A DNA stretch of 64,000 nt, taken from the NCBI RefSeq assembly GCF_001194135.2, contig NC_068995.1:56210166-56274165 (forward strand). Reading direction: 5' to 3'. A program made the position numbers and the translations under genes. Shown in pieces: positions 37,777 through 50,090 of the stretch (the stretch's first letter is position 1; every line of letters starts with the position of its first letter). This stretch comes from Octopus bimaculoides. Its lineage: Eukaryota. A model generated the notes under the pieces. That model was not told the DNA's origin and made no database searches. It saw nothing but the letters and a program-made list of their open reading frames with translations.

Positions 37777-39168
37777 TTTGTATCCACTTAACATTATAAT
37801 GATAACTGTAAAAATAAAATAAAAACAAAATCGGGAAGATTATAGGGTGAATGACTTGACAAAGTGTGAGAGTAAGAGGGAAACACATTTCTTTCCCTGC
37901 TTTTTTTTTTTTTTCTTTTATGTTGATTTGGAAATATTGATTGAAATGAATGAAACAGAAGCAGAAATAAAACGACAAAACCAAAAAAAATGAAAATCTC
38001 AAATTTGTTGAAATAAATATGGAGGGGGAGGAGTCTGTCTTAATGAAATCATTGTCATCCTAAATTAACACTTTTGATCTTCTTTATCTGGCATGGACGA
38101 CACATCAAACGGTTCCATAAGTTGAGGAAAATCAGGCAGTTAGCTCTAAATTTTGGACATGGGGAATTACAAGAAAAAAAACAAAAAAACAAACGACAAC
38201 AAACAATGAAACAAACAAACAAAATAAGGTGGGGAGGGGGTCTGTTTAAGGAGGAATACTAACTGAATCAACAAACCAGGATAAATGAGAAACAACAACA
38301 ATAACAGCAACAATAAAAATTTAATAGCAACAAAACAACAACAATTCTTAAAGATAATTGCCACTTATTTTATTCTTTACTTTTAGATTTTTATTAATTT
38401 TCTTTCCTTTCCCTGTTTTCCATTTTATTCCTCAAGACGCAATCAGAACACGGGACTGTCCATTCACAACTCGCATGTCTTTCATTGCTTCCGGTTTGTA
38501 TTTTGTATATAATATTTTATCATCTGTTTCATAAGTTGCCTAGTTGTTTATCTATGTTGTTGTTTTTTATATACATTATTATTATTATTATTGTTGTTGT
38601 TATTGCTGTTAATGTTGTTGTGTTGTTATTGTTTGAATTATGCATTTTTTTGCTTATGTATATATCTATATATATAAAAAAGCACAAATGAAATAATTAT
38701 GGTAAAACTGAACAGGGCAGAGTGTTTCAGTGCATGAAGACTGGAAGAGGTGGACAGAAATGAAGAGTATTAAAATTATAGATGACTGGGCACAGGGAGA
38801 GAGAGAGAGGGGGAGAGAGAGGAGGAGGAGAGAGAAATAAACAGAGACAAAATATGATGGATGATATATAGATAGATAAATAGATAAGATTAGAGAGAAA
38901 GATATAAAGAGGTAGTTAGACAGATGATAGATAGATATAGATAAGACAGGGAGACTAGCAATCAGATCAACAGGAAGTTAATATCAGACAAGAATGCAAA
39001 AAAAAAAAAGGAAAGTAGAAAGGAAAAAGAAAAATAGTATAAAAAGGCAAATGTGTGACTTACAAAAAGAGATGAAAATACATTCAGAAAAAGACAAATC
39101 CCACCCACATATATATATATATATACATACATATGATTGTGAATGTTGTGTAAGCTTGATAGACAGAC

Positions 39169-39257
<89 letters not shown>

Positions 39258-39491
39258 ATTTGAATATGTGTGTGTGTGTTTGTGTGAATTAAACCAGAAC
39301 TAGAATAATAGAAAGAATTTATTTGGTGTCTAAAGAATTCAATGTCTGGTTCTGCTATTGTCATTGGAGCTTACCACTCCCAGCTTCTTGTGGGCTTCCA
39401 ATTTGGCAGCAGTCTCAAGAACATAATTCCCCCAACCTCAAATACCACCGACATCACCCCCACCCTTCCCATCCTACCCACCCACCCAGCT

Positions 39492-39523
<32 letters not shown>

Positions 39524-39771
39524 GGGCGGACACACAGGCTGACAGACAGACAGCTCCACACAATCTTACTGCACCGCAGTTTTTCTGAACACAAAACCAT
39601 TATCAGTTTCAAATGAAAAGTACATCAGAGATGGTTTTACCCATAAATCTACATTTTTTACTTTAGAGGTGCTTTGTTATCTGCCGTTCACGAAGACCCA
39701 GCCAGTAATAGCACCCGCCTAACAAGAATGAAAAGAGCAAAAAAGAAAAATATATTATTGTTGTTATTATT

Positions 39772-39819
<48 letters not shown>

Positions 39820-40929
39820 AGTGGTGGTTGTAGTAGTATTTCATTTTTGTTTTTTATTTTTTTCATATTTTTTTTTTAATGAGCCACACCTTCTTGAATC
39901 CTTTTCCTTCTGTGCAGAAAAAAAAAAAATGTTTTATGCATTTCGGCAGTCCTTTGGAACTGACTGCATTTATTCATCACCCAATTTAAGTGTGTACAAA
40001 GTCGTTTGCTATTGGTCGTGGGATGGCTTGCTTCCTTTGTTACAGTTTCCATAGTAATTCGGCTGTATTGTAAACAGAATATTATAAACACTACTTGTGC
40101 TGCTGATCTGATATTGAGAAGAAGAAGAAAAACAGAACTAAACAATGAAGGAGAGAGAGAGAGAGAGAAAAGAGAGAGAGGAGAGAGAGAGAGAGAAGAG
40201 AGAGAGACAAGGGGAAAGGATGTTATCCAATGAGCTAACGTAGATTAATAGGAAGGAAGCCGACAAGAGGGAGATATTAATAATAACAATAATAATAATA
40301 ATCATGGTGATGATGGTGATGATGATGATGACAATGATGATGATGACGATGATGATAATAATAACTATGATGAAATAAAAATAAAACTGCAATATAAAAT
40401 AAAACACATTAAAAAAAAATGAATATATAGTAATAAGTGGTATGGAGTAAAAAAAAGATAGAAGAATGGGGATAAGGGAGATAATGCATAAATGAAGGGT
40501 AAAAAAAATGAAAATGGGAAATTAAGGTGAAAAAAAAACACAGAGAAAAGAGAAAAAGACACCTTGAAAAAAAGTAGATAAAATTAAATAAAAAGAAAGA
40601 GAATTATAGGGGATAGTATTAGTGATAATATGTTATATCAACTTCAGATAGAACCAAGCAACAAAGCTTTATTCATCATCAGCTGAAAATACCTCTTTTG
40701 TTCATGAAAATTACAAGACTACTGAGCAGAGGATGAAATTCAATGTGAAATTACACACACACACACGCACACACACATTTTATATTTATGTAGGCATACT
40801 CCCCCCACCCACCAAAAAAAAAAACGTATATGAGAATAAAGACATAAATACTCGTGTAGATGCTCACAAACACACTCAGATATATGTGTTGTGTATATAC
40901 ATATGTATACATGTAGATATATAAATATA

Positions 40930-41005
<76 letters not shown>

Positions 41006-41624
41006 ATACATATACAACACATAGATACAATATGAAACAACAACAAAAAAAAGGTAGAGTGTGATATTATTTGTGTCTATTATAGTTTAGAAGGAAAAAT
41101 GACATGATATAATAAATAAAAACAAAAAAAAATGTAAAAAGAAAAAGAGGACCACCTCTCCCAAAGTAAAAAAAAAACAAGTAAGGAAAAAGCTGTTTGG
41201 ATAAATGAATAAATAATTTGTAACCCTCTACAATTGTAAAAGAGTTTTGTTCCATCAACGGACCATAAGTTATGTCCTCCCACCACAAACAGAAAGCAAA
41301 ACCTCCCAGAATCTATGATAGAAAAAAAAAAAAAATAAGTACACATACACACAATGAAAAACAACAGCAACAATAACAACAACAAACAATAACTCATTTG
41401 TGGCAGCCATTGAAAACCGTTGAATGCAGTTGATGGTTGATTGGTCCCCTGTTAGTTGAAGACTAAATCTGATCTTTTTGTGACATTTATCAGAACCTGT
41501 CACCCTCTAAATACGGTTACTAATAGCATCTGTTTAGAATAGAAGTTAAACTAGCTATTTAACCTATGCACTGCACCCAACAGAACACGTTAGTTGCAGA
41601 AGGAATTGGTTTATATATATATAT

Positions 41625-41678
<54 letters not shown>

Positions 41679-41859
41679 ATGGTGTTTTTGAAACTCTTTA
41701 ATCTAATAATGAAATAAGTGAAATGATTTTTAGAATTGTTTTGTATGTTTGTATTTTAAGAGAGGGATTTAATTACAAAAAAATTAAAAACATTCAATGC
41801 TGGGTGTTTAATGAAATTTCATACTGTTGTGTGTGTGTGTGTGGACACGCACATGCATG

Positions 41860-42115
41860 TGTTTGTGCATGTATGTTTATGTGTTTGAGTTTGTGCCCCA
41901 TTCGTTCCCAGCTTCATATCTGGTGCTACTTTGTTTGTGTCTCCGTAACTTAGCAGTCTGGCAAAGGAGATTGAATACGTTGCAATCTTGAAAAAAAAAA
42001 GAAAGAAAAAGGGACAGAGGATGATTTGTTTGACTAAGGTTCTTCAAGGTGCTACTCCAGCATGGTCTCTGTCAAGATGACTGAAACATGTAAAAGATAA
42101 AAAAATAAAAGAACA
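41860..42115 (+). mobile_element. tRNA-derived SINE B tail
   Basis: Reads gtctccgtaacttagcagtctggcaaagg..gatttgtttgactaagg..caaggtgctactccagcatgg..gactgaaacatgtaaaagataaaa. Confidence 0.7.
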
Positions 42116-42129
42116 AAAGAAAAACTAAA

Positions 42130-42905
42130 TTTCAAGATGGCTAAATGTGTATTTATGTGCAGAGTATTGGAACCTCTGAAAGCTTTATTTATTCAAAGTG
42201 TTTCAGCCAAATTTGATGAATATTTTTTTACATCTCCTTTTTTTTCAGGAACAGCTGGATGTATTGGCGAACTGCCAGCAGTATTGGAGAGCTTAAAGAT
42301 TAAAGTTGTAGTAGAGAAAAAAGTTAGCTGACATGGAGACCGGAAAACACCTGAATATTAGAAAAGAATTACCTGTGTCATGTTGATTAGTGCCAGATAT
42401 CAAAATGCCAACATCATGACTGCTGTTCAATCTCAATGTTCTGTGAACACTGAAAAAGCCGCAAGACATGAGATGGACAGCTGCAAAGGAGACTACAAAG
42501 CTGTGGCCAGTAGGAAGGGATGCAGCATGATAGGATTCAACAAACGACTAACGAACAGGGCCCTAGGCTCAATTCAAATACTTATGTGAAGCTGTTGGAG
42601 ACTGTGGTCAGAACCTGGTTGGAGAGGGTTGCTGCTGTTGGAAGGCTATATGTGTGGCAGCAGGATTCAGCACCTTGACAAAGTGTCAGAAGAGGATGTT
42701 GGAGAATTTCTATAACTGCACCATCCTCAAATTCTGGCTTCCTAATCCCCACTGATTGTAATCCCATGGATTACAATGGATTGTTGATTGTAATCCATGG
42801 ATTGAGAAAGATATGAACCACTCGCCAGCAACATTTGGAATTGTATAAAAAAACTTGTTTAAATATTTTGTGTTTTGTAGAAAAATACCCGATTTACTGC
42901 ACCCT
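42130..42905 (+). mobile_element. Tc1/mariner-superfamily transposon, internally deleted and degenerate
   Basis: An N-terminal segment (MLISARYQNANIMTAVQSQCSVNTEKAARHEMDSCKGDYKAVASRK) is joined at about 42540-42555 to a catalytic segment QGPRLNSNTYVKLLETVVRTWLERVAAVGRLYVWQQDSAP*...ENF...FW(P)PN-(P)DCNPMDY. The QQDSAP and WPPNSPD.NP.DY motifs are present. The 3' end reads gatttactgcaccct. Confidence 0.85.
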
Positions 42906-43393
42906 AAATCTTAACAACAACTCTTCCATGGACCCTCCAAGGGTCATATGGACCCCAGTTGAGACCCAGTGGTGTTGATGGTCATCAGCCAGATAAACCC
43001 TTCACAAGGTGGATATCAACTTCAACGTGCACAGCCTGGAGCTGGTCACATCACATGATTACATAACACCTGTAAAATCCACCAATTTCCCGCTTTCCAA
43101 CATAAACGTAAAATAGTGCCAGCCATTCTTATTCTCCATCAATTTTTCAATAGTCTGAATCTGTTTCTCTCAGATTGGTCAAGTGATATAAATACCTCTG
43201 ATGAGACCCCAATAAAGGTTGAGAATCGATTAAGGCCATTCGAAATTTTTTCAATTTACAGAGAAATAGGTAAATCAGCCATGTCTGTATGTCTACTACA
43301 ACAGCTTATATTGTATCTATTACTGCATTTCCTTTATCAAACTCGAAAGAATAAAATGCTATCAGTTGTTAAATAAAGACATACAAAAAGAAT

Positions 43394-43425
<32 letters not shown>

Positions 43426-45272
43426 ACCTTTTTATTTTATCATTTGCTATTAGAAGCAGCAACTGAGTAAACAACTGGCAATAAAATATCAACCAGCCAC
43501 CAGTAATGCTCACCAACAAGAGCACACTGGAAGGAGAGATTCTGATTGGTTAACCTAGATTAAAAAAGACAGCATTTGAAATGATTTCATTCTGTGTTCA
43601 GCCATCTTTACACCAATGTATTTTAGAAAACCTTTTTTTTTTGTTGTTTTTTTTAATAATTACACTGAATTGCTAGTTCCTGTGTATGAACAGTTCTCTA
43701 AACAGAATTCACAAGCTGTTTTGATTAACAAAAACCAGTCTTGACATCTTAGAATGAAATATTTCAATCAAATCTAATCTAACAGGAACAAAACATAAAG
43801 CACCCTATTCATTAGCAATAACTAGACTTTCAACAACACAGTATACTGCTTTCAAACTCTACTGTCAATTGCCTGCAAGACTGTGTATATAATGCTGCAG
43901 CAGAGTGTTGATGGTGGCAGAGTAGTGAAGGAGAAGAAATATATGTGAAAAAGGCGGCTTAACTTGTCTATCCAGTGTGTCAGCATTTCCAGATGGTGTG
44001 CTCTCACCACGGATTATCTGTTAGTGAGACAACAGCTTAGTTGGAGAATAACTAGCTGATTTGGTGGCAAGATTTAAGGCGAAAGAAGCATAGCTAATAC
44101 ACACACTATTGTCTATTTAAACATGACCGGTGAAATCAGTTTGTTGTAGTCTTGGTAAAGCCGGTCACTTTGACTGCTGATATACACTCAAAGAAGTAAA
44201 TATGGTTTTGAACCAGATAAATGAGTTATCTATAAGCAACTACAATATTATATGCACATGTGTGTGTCTGCATATGTCATATATATATATATATATATAT
44301 ANNNNNNNNNNNNNNNNNNNNNNNNNNNNNNNNNNNNNNNNNNNNNNNNNNNNNNNNNNNNNNNNNNNNNNNNNNNNNNNNNNNNNNNNNNNNNNNNNNN
44401 NNNNNNNNNNNNNNNNNNNNNNNNNNNNNNNNNNNNNNNNNNNNNNNNNNNNNNNNNNNNNNNNNNNNNNNNNNNNNNNNNNNNNNNNNNNNNNNNNNNN
44501 NNNNNNNNNNNNNNNNNNNNNNNNNNNNNNNNNNNNNNNNNNNNNNNNNNNNNNNNNNNNNNNNNNNNNNNNNNNNNNNNNNNNNNNNNNNNNNNNNNNN
44601 NNNNNNNNNNNNNNNNNNNNNNNNNNNNNNNNNNNNNNNNNNNNNNNNNNNNNNNNNNNNNNNNNNNNNNNNNNNNNNNNNNNNNNNNNNNNNNNNNNNN
44701 NNNNNNNNNNNNNNNNNNNNNNNNNNNNNNNNNNNNNNNNNNNNNNNNNNNNNNNNNNNNNNNNNNNNNNNNNNNNNNNNNNNNNNNNNNNNNNNNNNNN
44801 NNNNNNNNNNNNNNNNNNNNNNNNNNNNNNNNNNNNNNNNNNNNNNNNNNNNNNNNNNNNNNNNNNNNNNNNNNNNNNNNNNNNNNNNNNNNNNNNNNNN
44901 NNNNNNNNNNNNNNNNNNNNNNNNNNNNNNNNNNNNNNNNNNNNNNNNNNNNNNNNNNNNNNNNNNNNNNNNNNNNNNNNNNNNNNNNNNNNNNNNNNNN
45001 NNNNNNNNNNNNNNNNNNNNNNNNNNNNNNNNNNNNNNNNNNNNNNNNNNNNNNNNNNNNNNNNNNNNNNNNNNNNNNNNNNNNNNNNNNNNNNNNNNNN
45101 NNNNNNNNNNNNNNNNNNNNNNNNNNNNNNNNNNNNNNNNNNNNNNNNNNNNNNNNNNNNNNNNNNNNNNNNNNNNNNNNNNNNNNNNNNNNNNNNNNNN
45201 NNNNNNNNNNNNNNNNNNNNNNNNNNNNNNNNNNNNNNNNNNNNNNNNNNNNNNNNNNNNNNNNNNNNNNNN

Positions 45273-45339
<67 letters not shown>

Positions 45340-45384
45340 GCAAGAGGGAAGTTTGTTCAGAAATAATTCAATTATGTCATATCT

Positions 45385-45690
45385 TTACAAAGAAATGCCG
45401 ATCACTTAAAGTGGATGGGAGCTGTGAAAGAGGGAGACCCACAAAGACATGGGAGAAAGTATTGAAGGCCAATCTCAAGACACTGAGCCTTGTGAAGGAG
45501 ATGAGAAAGGGCTGAGATATGTGGTGCATTGCTGTACTTGAGAAAACCTGCCCACCACAACAGAATAGAGGTCCTAAAACCATGGTGCCACATTAAAAGC
45601 ACTGGCGATGGTGCTCCATGAAAATTACTGTTTCTGGTGCCATGTAAAAAGAAACTGGTGCTGGTGCCAAGTAAAAAACCCTAGTTGTGG
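45385..45690 (+). mobile_element. RTE-clade LINE 3' end
   Basis: Reads K(K)CRSLKVDGSCERGRPTKTWEKVLKANLKTLSLVKEMRKG*DMWCIAVLEKTCP, followed by tandem tggtgccacattaaaagcac-like motifs. Confidence 0.8.
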
Positions 45691-45699
45691 TCATTGGGC

Positions 45700-46045
45700 A
45701 GCAGCCATGCTGGAGCATCACCTTGAGGGGTTCAGCTGGACACGGTCATTTTAGAAATTAATTTTTAAGCTTGGTATTTATTCTATTGGTCATTTTTGCA
45801 GAACCACTAAGTTGCAAGGATGTCAACAAACCAATACTGGTTGTCAAGTGATGGTTGGGGCCAAAGACAAAGATATATATAAATGCATATAGATAGATAG
45901 ATTCAATAGACTTTCACACAGTTTTCATGTACCAAATTCACTCACATGGCAATGCTTGACCTGGGGCTAAAAAAGAAGACATTTGCTCAAGGTGCCATGC
46001 ATGCAGTGAGCCTGAACCCCAAACCACTTGGTTGCAATGAGAGCT
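45700..46045 (-). mobile_element. Near full-length tRNA-derived SINE A/B
   Basis: Reads gcagccatgctggagcatcaccttgaggg..gaaccactaagttgcaagg..ctggttgtcaagtg..ccaaattcactcac..gcctgaaccccaaaccacttggttgc. Confidence 0.75.
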
Positions 46046-46643
46046 TGTACTTTTTCAATTAGAAATACAATCTATCTATGAGCTTCGACATAGTTTCCAT
46101 CTGCCCAACTTTGCTTATATGTGTACACATACATATTCATACATGTAAATAACAAATAAATTTAATGCCAATTAATAAAAAAAACAAGTGAAAAAAGAAA
46201 ATAATGGTATTGGTGATATTAATGATGAAGATGATGATGATGATGATGATGATGATGAGGAAGAGGAGCAGTAATACACTTGCACACAACTGAAAAGCAA
46301 AGAATACTACAGCCTGGATCAGGTCATGATGGCTCGAACAAATTTAAGAATAACCGAACACACTCACACTCACACACAAACACACAAAATATAACAGAAA
46401 CGAGCCAGAGAGTTATGGCATACATGATAGTAGTTGGAAATATTGGATCAATATCTTCAGAAGATAAATTCCACAGTGACCATATAACCCATAGGGGTCA
46501 CTGTATACCAGGATATGAAGTTCTGTGTTTCTATGTACAACGGAAAGAATCTGCTTTAGCATCATTATAATTATAAGCACATTATACAGTTGTAAGAAGC
46601 AAAGCTTTCTTTGCTGAACAGAGCACAATTGAAATGAGCAAAA

Positions 46644-46782
46644 GGTAGGCGTAGGCGTGGCTGTGTGGTAAGAAGCTTACTTCCCAACCACATGGTTCCA
46701 GGTTCAGTCTTCTACTGTAGCCTTGGCCCCGACCAGAGCCTTGAGTGGATTTGGTTGGTGGAAACTGAAAGAAGCCCGTTGT
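46644..46782 (+). mobile_element. tRNA-derived SINE head (family A)
   Basis: Reads ggcgtaggcgtggctgtgtggtaagaagcttacttcccaaccacatggttccaggttcagtc..gaaactgaaagaagcccg. Confidence 0.85.
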
Positions 46783-46819
46783 TAGGAGGCACAAGCACTT
46801 ACACACACATGTACACACG

Positions 46820-46976
46820 CGATGGTAACTTCCACCTACCAAATTCATTCACAAGGCTTCAGTCGGCCCAAGGCTAAAGCAGAAGGCACTTGCTGAAGGT
46901 GCCACACAGTGGGACAGAACCCAAAACCATGTGCTTAGGAGGCAAACTTCCTACCACACAGCCACTCCCATGCCTA
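46820..46976 (-). mobile_element. tRNA-derived SINE head (family A), inverted relative to 46644-46782
   Basis: Reads cctaccaaattcattcacaaggcttcagtcggccc..gggacagaacccaaaaccatgtg..ctaccacacagccactcccatgccta. Confidence 0.82.
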
Positions 46977-47552
46977 CACACACACACACACACACACACA
47001 CACGCCTAATGTTAGCTTGGCTCTGCTAAAATAAACAAACACAACTATTTGATTAGGAATGTCCAGACAGCTTTTGAATGTTGACCGATTGGTCAAAAGT
47101 CTGAAAACTGATTCCTCTGCCATTTAATCCAGCATTGGTCACAGATGTAAAATAACACCTCCACAAGAACATGGTTCTATGACAGATGATAGAAGAACCA
47201 TTGCATAAACATTGGTATCTTACATTATATATGAATGTCGAGGACAAAATGATTAGCAATAAATATAGAGAGAAATGAGTGACGCCATGTTTATTCCTCG
47301 CTTATTTTAATCTTTCCTACATCTTATAACAACCAAGATGGAATTCCATATATTTTTAAGGATGTCTAAAATTGAAAGGAGTCTGCAACACAGTCATTTT
47401 GCTTAGACTTGACTGTAAAGAGAATACATGTAAACAAATTACATTGAACTATATACATGTACATGTGTGTGTGTGCGTGTATGCTTATAAATGAATATCA
47501 CTTTCCGTTTTTGCTTGTTTTAGATCCTAATATTTTTGCTGAGCCACTCAGA

Positions 47553-47776
47553 TGAACCCTTTCGTTACTGCATTTCTGTTGAGATGCTCTGTGTTTCAAT
47601 TACTTTAAATATAACAAAGAATTTAGTGAAATAACTTAGTTATCATTCAGCTAGTGTTAGGAACATAAATTGTGACTAAGGTTTGCTGGAAGATTTTAAT
47701 TCAGAACTTATGAAAACAAGACATTTGTAATCAGAGCCAGAGCTGGTTTGTGCTGGGTTGGTAAAGAAAGGGTTAA
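47553..47776. mobile_element. MITE with CCCTTT..AAAGGG termini and a TTAA flank (piggyBac-like)
   Basis: Reads tgaa-ccctttcgttac ... aagaaaggg-ttaa; an inverted relative lies at 48733-48956. Confidence 0.65.
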
Positions 47777-47951
47777 AGGGACATAAACAAACTAACACTG
47801 GTTGCCAAGCAGTGAAGGGAGACAAACACAAAGATACACACACACATGCATGTATGAATATATATATATATTTATGTGCATGAACATGTATGTATATGTG
47901 TATGTATGTATACATATTTACATGTGTATGTGTGTATGTATGTGTGCATGT

Positions 47952-48060
47952 ATAAGTTTTGATATTACAAACAGAAAACACAGAACTCAAAATTTGAGTA
48001 TAAATATTTGTACACTCATATTTTGAGTTCTACGTATCCTGTTTGTAATACCAAACTTAT
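47952..48060. repeat. Imperfect palindrome of about 110 bp
   Basis: ataagttttgatattacaaacag..agaactcaaaatttgagt pairs with actcatattttgagttct..ctgtttgtaataccaaacttat. Confidence 0.9.
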
Positions 48061-48732
48061 TCGCACACACACACACACACACATGCACATACGCACTTAT
48101 ATACATATTTTTCCATATGTATACACATTTACATACATATATGTAGTATATGCATATATGTATGCACATATATATAGATAAGCAAATATGAATATACACA
48201 CAAGCATATAAATATACACAGACATCAGTGGCACATTTATATCTCCTGCTATGGGTTGGTCATCTAATTATTAAGGGATATATACCAAAAAAATAAATAA
48301 ATAGACATACCAGCAATGTATACAGAACGTGTATCTGCATGTTAGCATAATTCTACGTCTTTATGACATGGTAAGGTTAAATGCATGTGATCATAAATGC
48401 ATGTGTCATTGCATTAAATGTGCAGATTATTAATTCATAATCTGTTTACCCAAAAGTTAGCACACTGCATTCTGGGATAGCTAATGGTGTGCAGCAGCAG
48501 CAGTTGTTCAGTTGAAGAGAGTCTGCAAAAGTGTGAAGTTCTTGTGATTCATTCAATTAGTTATTGAAATAAGAACAAATATTGATTTATATATTACCCC
48601 ACCTTTTCATCTTAAGGTAAGATTCAGTATAAGTTTATCATTTGTTAGATAATAATAAATACATTCGTTTACTCTTTAAGCAGTTTCTTTCTTTTTTTAT
48701 GTTCTTATTTTTTGTGTGTATGTTTGTGTGTT

Positions 48733-48956
48733 TTAGACCTTTTGATACCAAACTTCCGAAGACCATCTCTGATTCTACAATAGAAACCTCCAGTTTTAAA
48801 ATGATCCAAATTAAAAGCTTTCTCCAAAATTTCATGTTAATTTATCTTACAAATATCAGCTTAATAATGACAAAATTACTTCACTAAATTCTTTATTTAT
48901 TTCAAAGTTAATTAAAACACAACCAGTGTATTTCATTATGGTAATGAAAGGGTTAA
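48733..48956. mobile_element. piggyBac-like MITE, same family as 47553-47776, opposite orientation
   Basis: Reads gaccttttgatacc..cagcttaataatgacaaaattacttcactaaattcttta..ggtaatgaaaggg-ttaa. Confidence 0.6.
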
Positions 48957-49174
48957 ATTTAAAAAGAATTCTCTGCTGGAGCCATATCAGTTCTTATAAA
49001 TATCTATGGATATGGTTGTATGGTTAAGAAGTGTTCAACTCAAGAACACGATGCCCTTATTTATTTAAGTCTGGTACCTATTCAATTAATCACTTTTACC
49101 AAACTGCTAAGTCTTGGATGGGTGTCAGTGTAAATAAGCCAAAACTACTTATTGAGTAATGGTGAAAAACAAAC

Positions 49175-49234
<60 letters not shown>

Positions 49235-49337
49235 CAGGCTTCTTTTGGTTTCTATCAACTAAATCTACTCACAAGGCTCTAGTTGGCCTTTGGGCTTTGC
49301 TAGAAGATTGGACCCATGCTTCTTAACTGCACAACAT

Positions 49338-49550
49338 ATCATCATCATCATCATCATCATCCTTTAGTGTCCATTTTCCATGCTGGCATTGGCTGGATGG
49401 TTTGACCAGAGCTGGCAAGCTGAGAAGCTGCACCAGGTTCCAGTCTTTTATTTGGCTTGGTTTCTGTGGCTGGATACTCTTCTTAATGCCAACCAGCTTA
49501 CAGTGTGTGCTGGGTGCTTTCAATGTGGCCCCAACATGAGCACTACCACA
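49338..49550 (-). mobile_element. Family C (RTE-tail) element with (ATC)n tail
   Basis: Reads (atc)n-cctttagtgtccattttccatgctggc..gctgcaccagg..ggctggatactcttcttaatgccaacca..gggtgcttt. Confidence 0.78.
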
Positions 49551-49624
49551 TGGCACTGGCACGAGTCCTTTTTACAAGTGCTTGGAAGCAGGCAAAGGTT
49601 GGTGATAGGAAGGACATCCAATCA

Positions 49625-50090
49625 GGATTCAAACTCAGAGCATAAAGGTACTTAGTTTTAAGTTTGGCACTTATTCTACCAGTCTCTTTCGCTGAACCAT
49701 CAGAGTACAGGGATATAAACAAACCAACACTGGTTGTCAAGCAATGTGGAGAGAACACACACACAAATTCTGGCCCCTGTGCTGGAGGAACGTAAAAAGC
49801 ACCCACTACACTCTCGGAGTAGTTGGCGTCAAGAAGGGCATCCAGCTGAAGAAACATTGCCAGAACAGATTGGAGCCTGGTGCAGCCTCCTGGATTCCCA
49901 GACCCCACTTGAACCGTCAAACCCATGACAGCATGGAAAACAGACGTTAAATGATGATGATGATGATGATGATATATATATATGTATATATATAACAGGC
50001 TTCTACAAAGTTTCTGTCTACTAAATTCACTCATAAGGCATTGGTTGGCCTGGCATGGTAGAAGAATACACTTGCCTAAGGTGTTGCACC
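49625..50090. mobile_element. Nested insertion: a family C copy (+, 49770-49975) inside a minus-strand A/B SINE (49625-49765 and 49990-50090)
   Basis: The B tail and A head of the minus-strand SINE are separated by a complete C copy (ggaacgtaaaaagcacccactacactctcggagtagttggcg..gttaaatgatgatg) at the SINE's central microsatellite. Confidence 0.72.

Noticed and set aside
43171-43194. ATTGG (CCAAT box) plus TATAAATA
   Set aside because: Only about 9 nt apart, which is atypical for a promoter, with no downstream gene evidence.
44202-45409. Longest ORFs in the track (up to 385 aa), and other X-filled ORFs
   Set aside because: They simply span N-gaps.
45582-45680. Short spaced direct repeats (tggtgcca..aaaa) superficially like a CRISPR array
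   Set aside because: Eukaryotic context, irregular spacing and degenerate units; they belong to the RTE 3' UTR.
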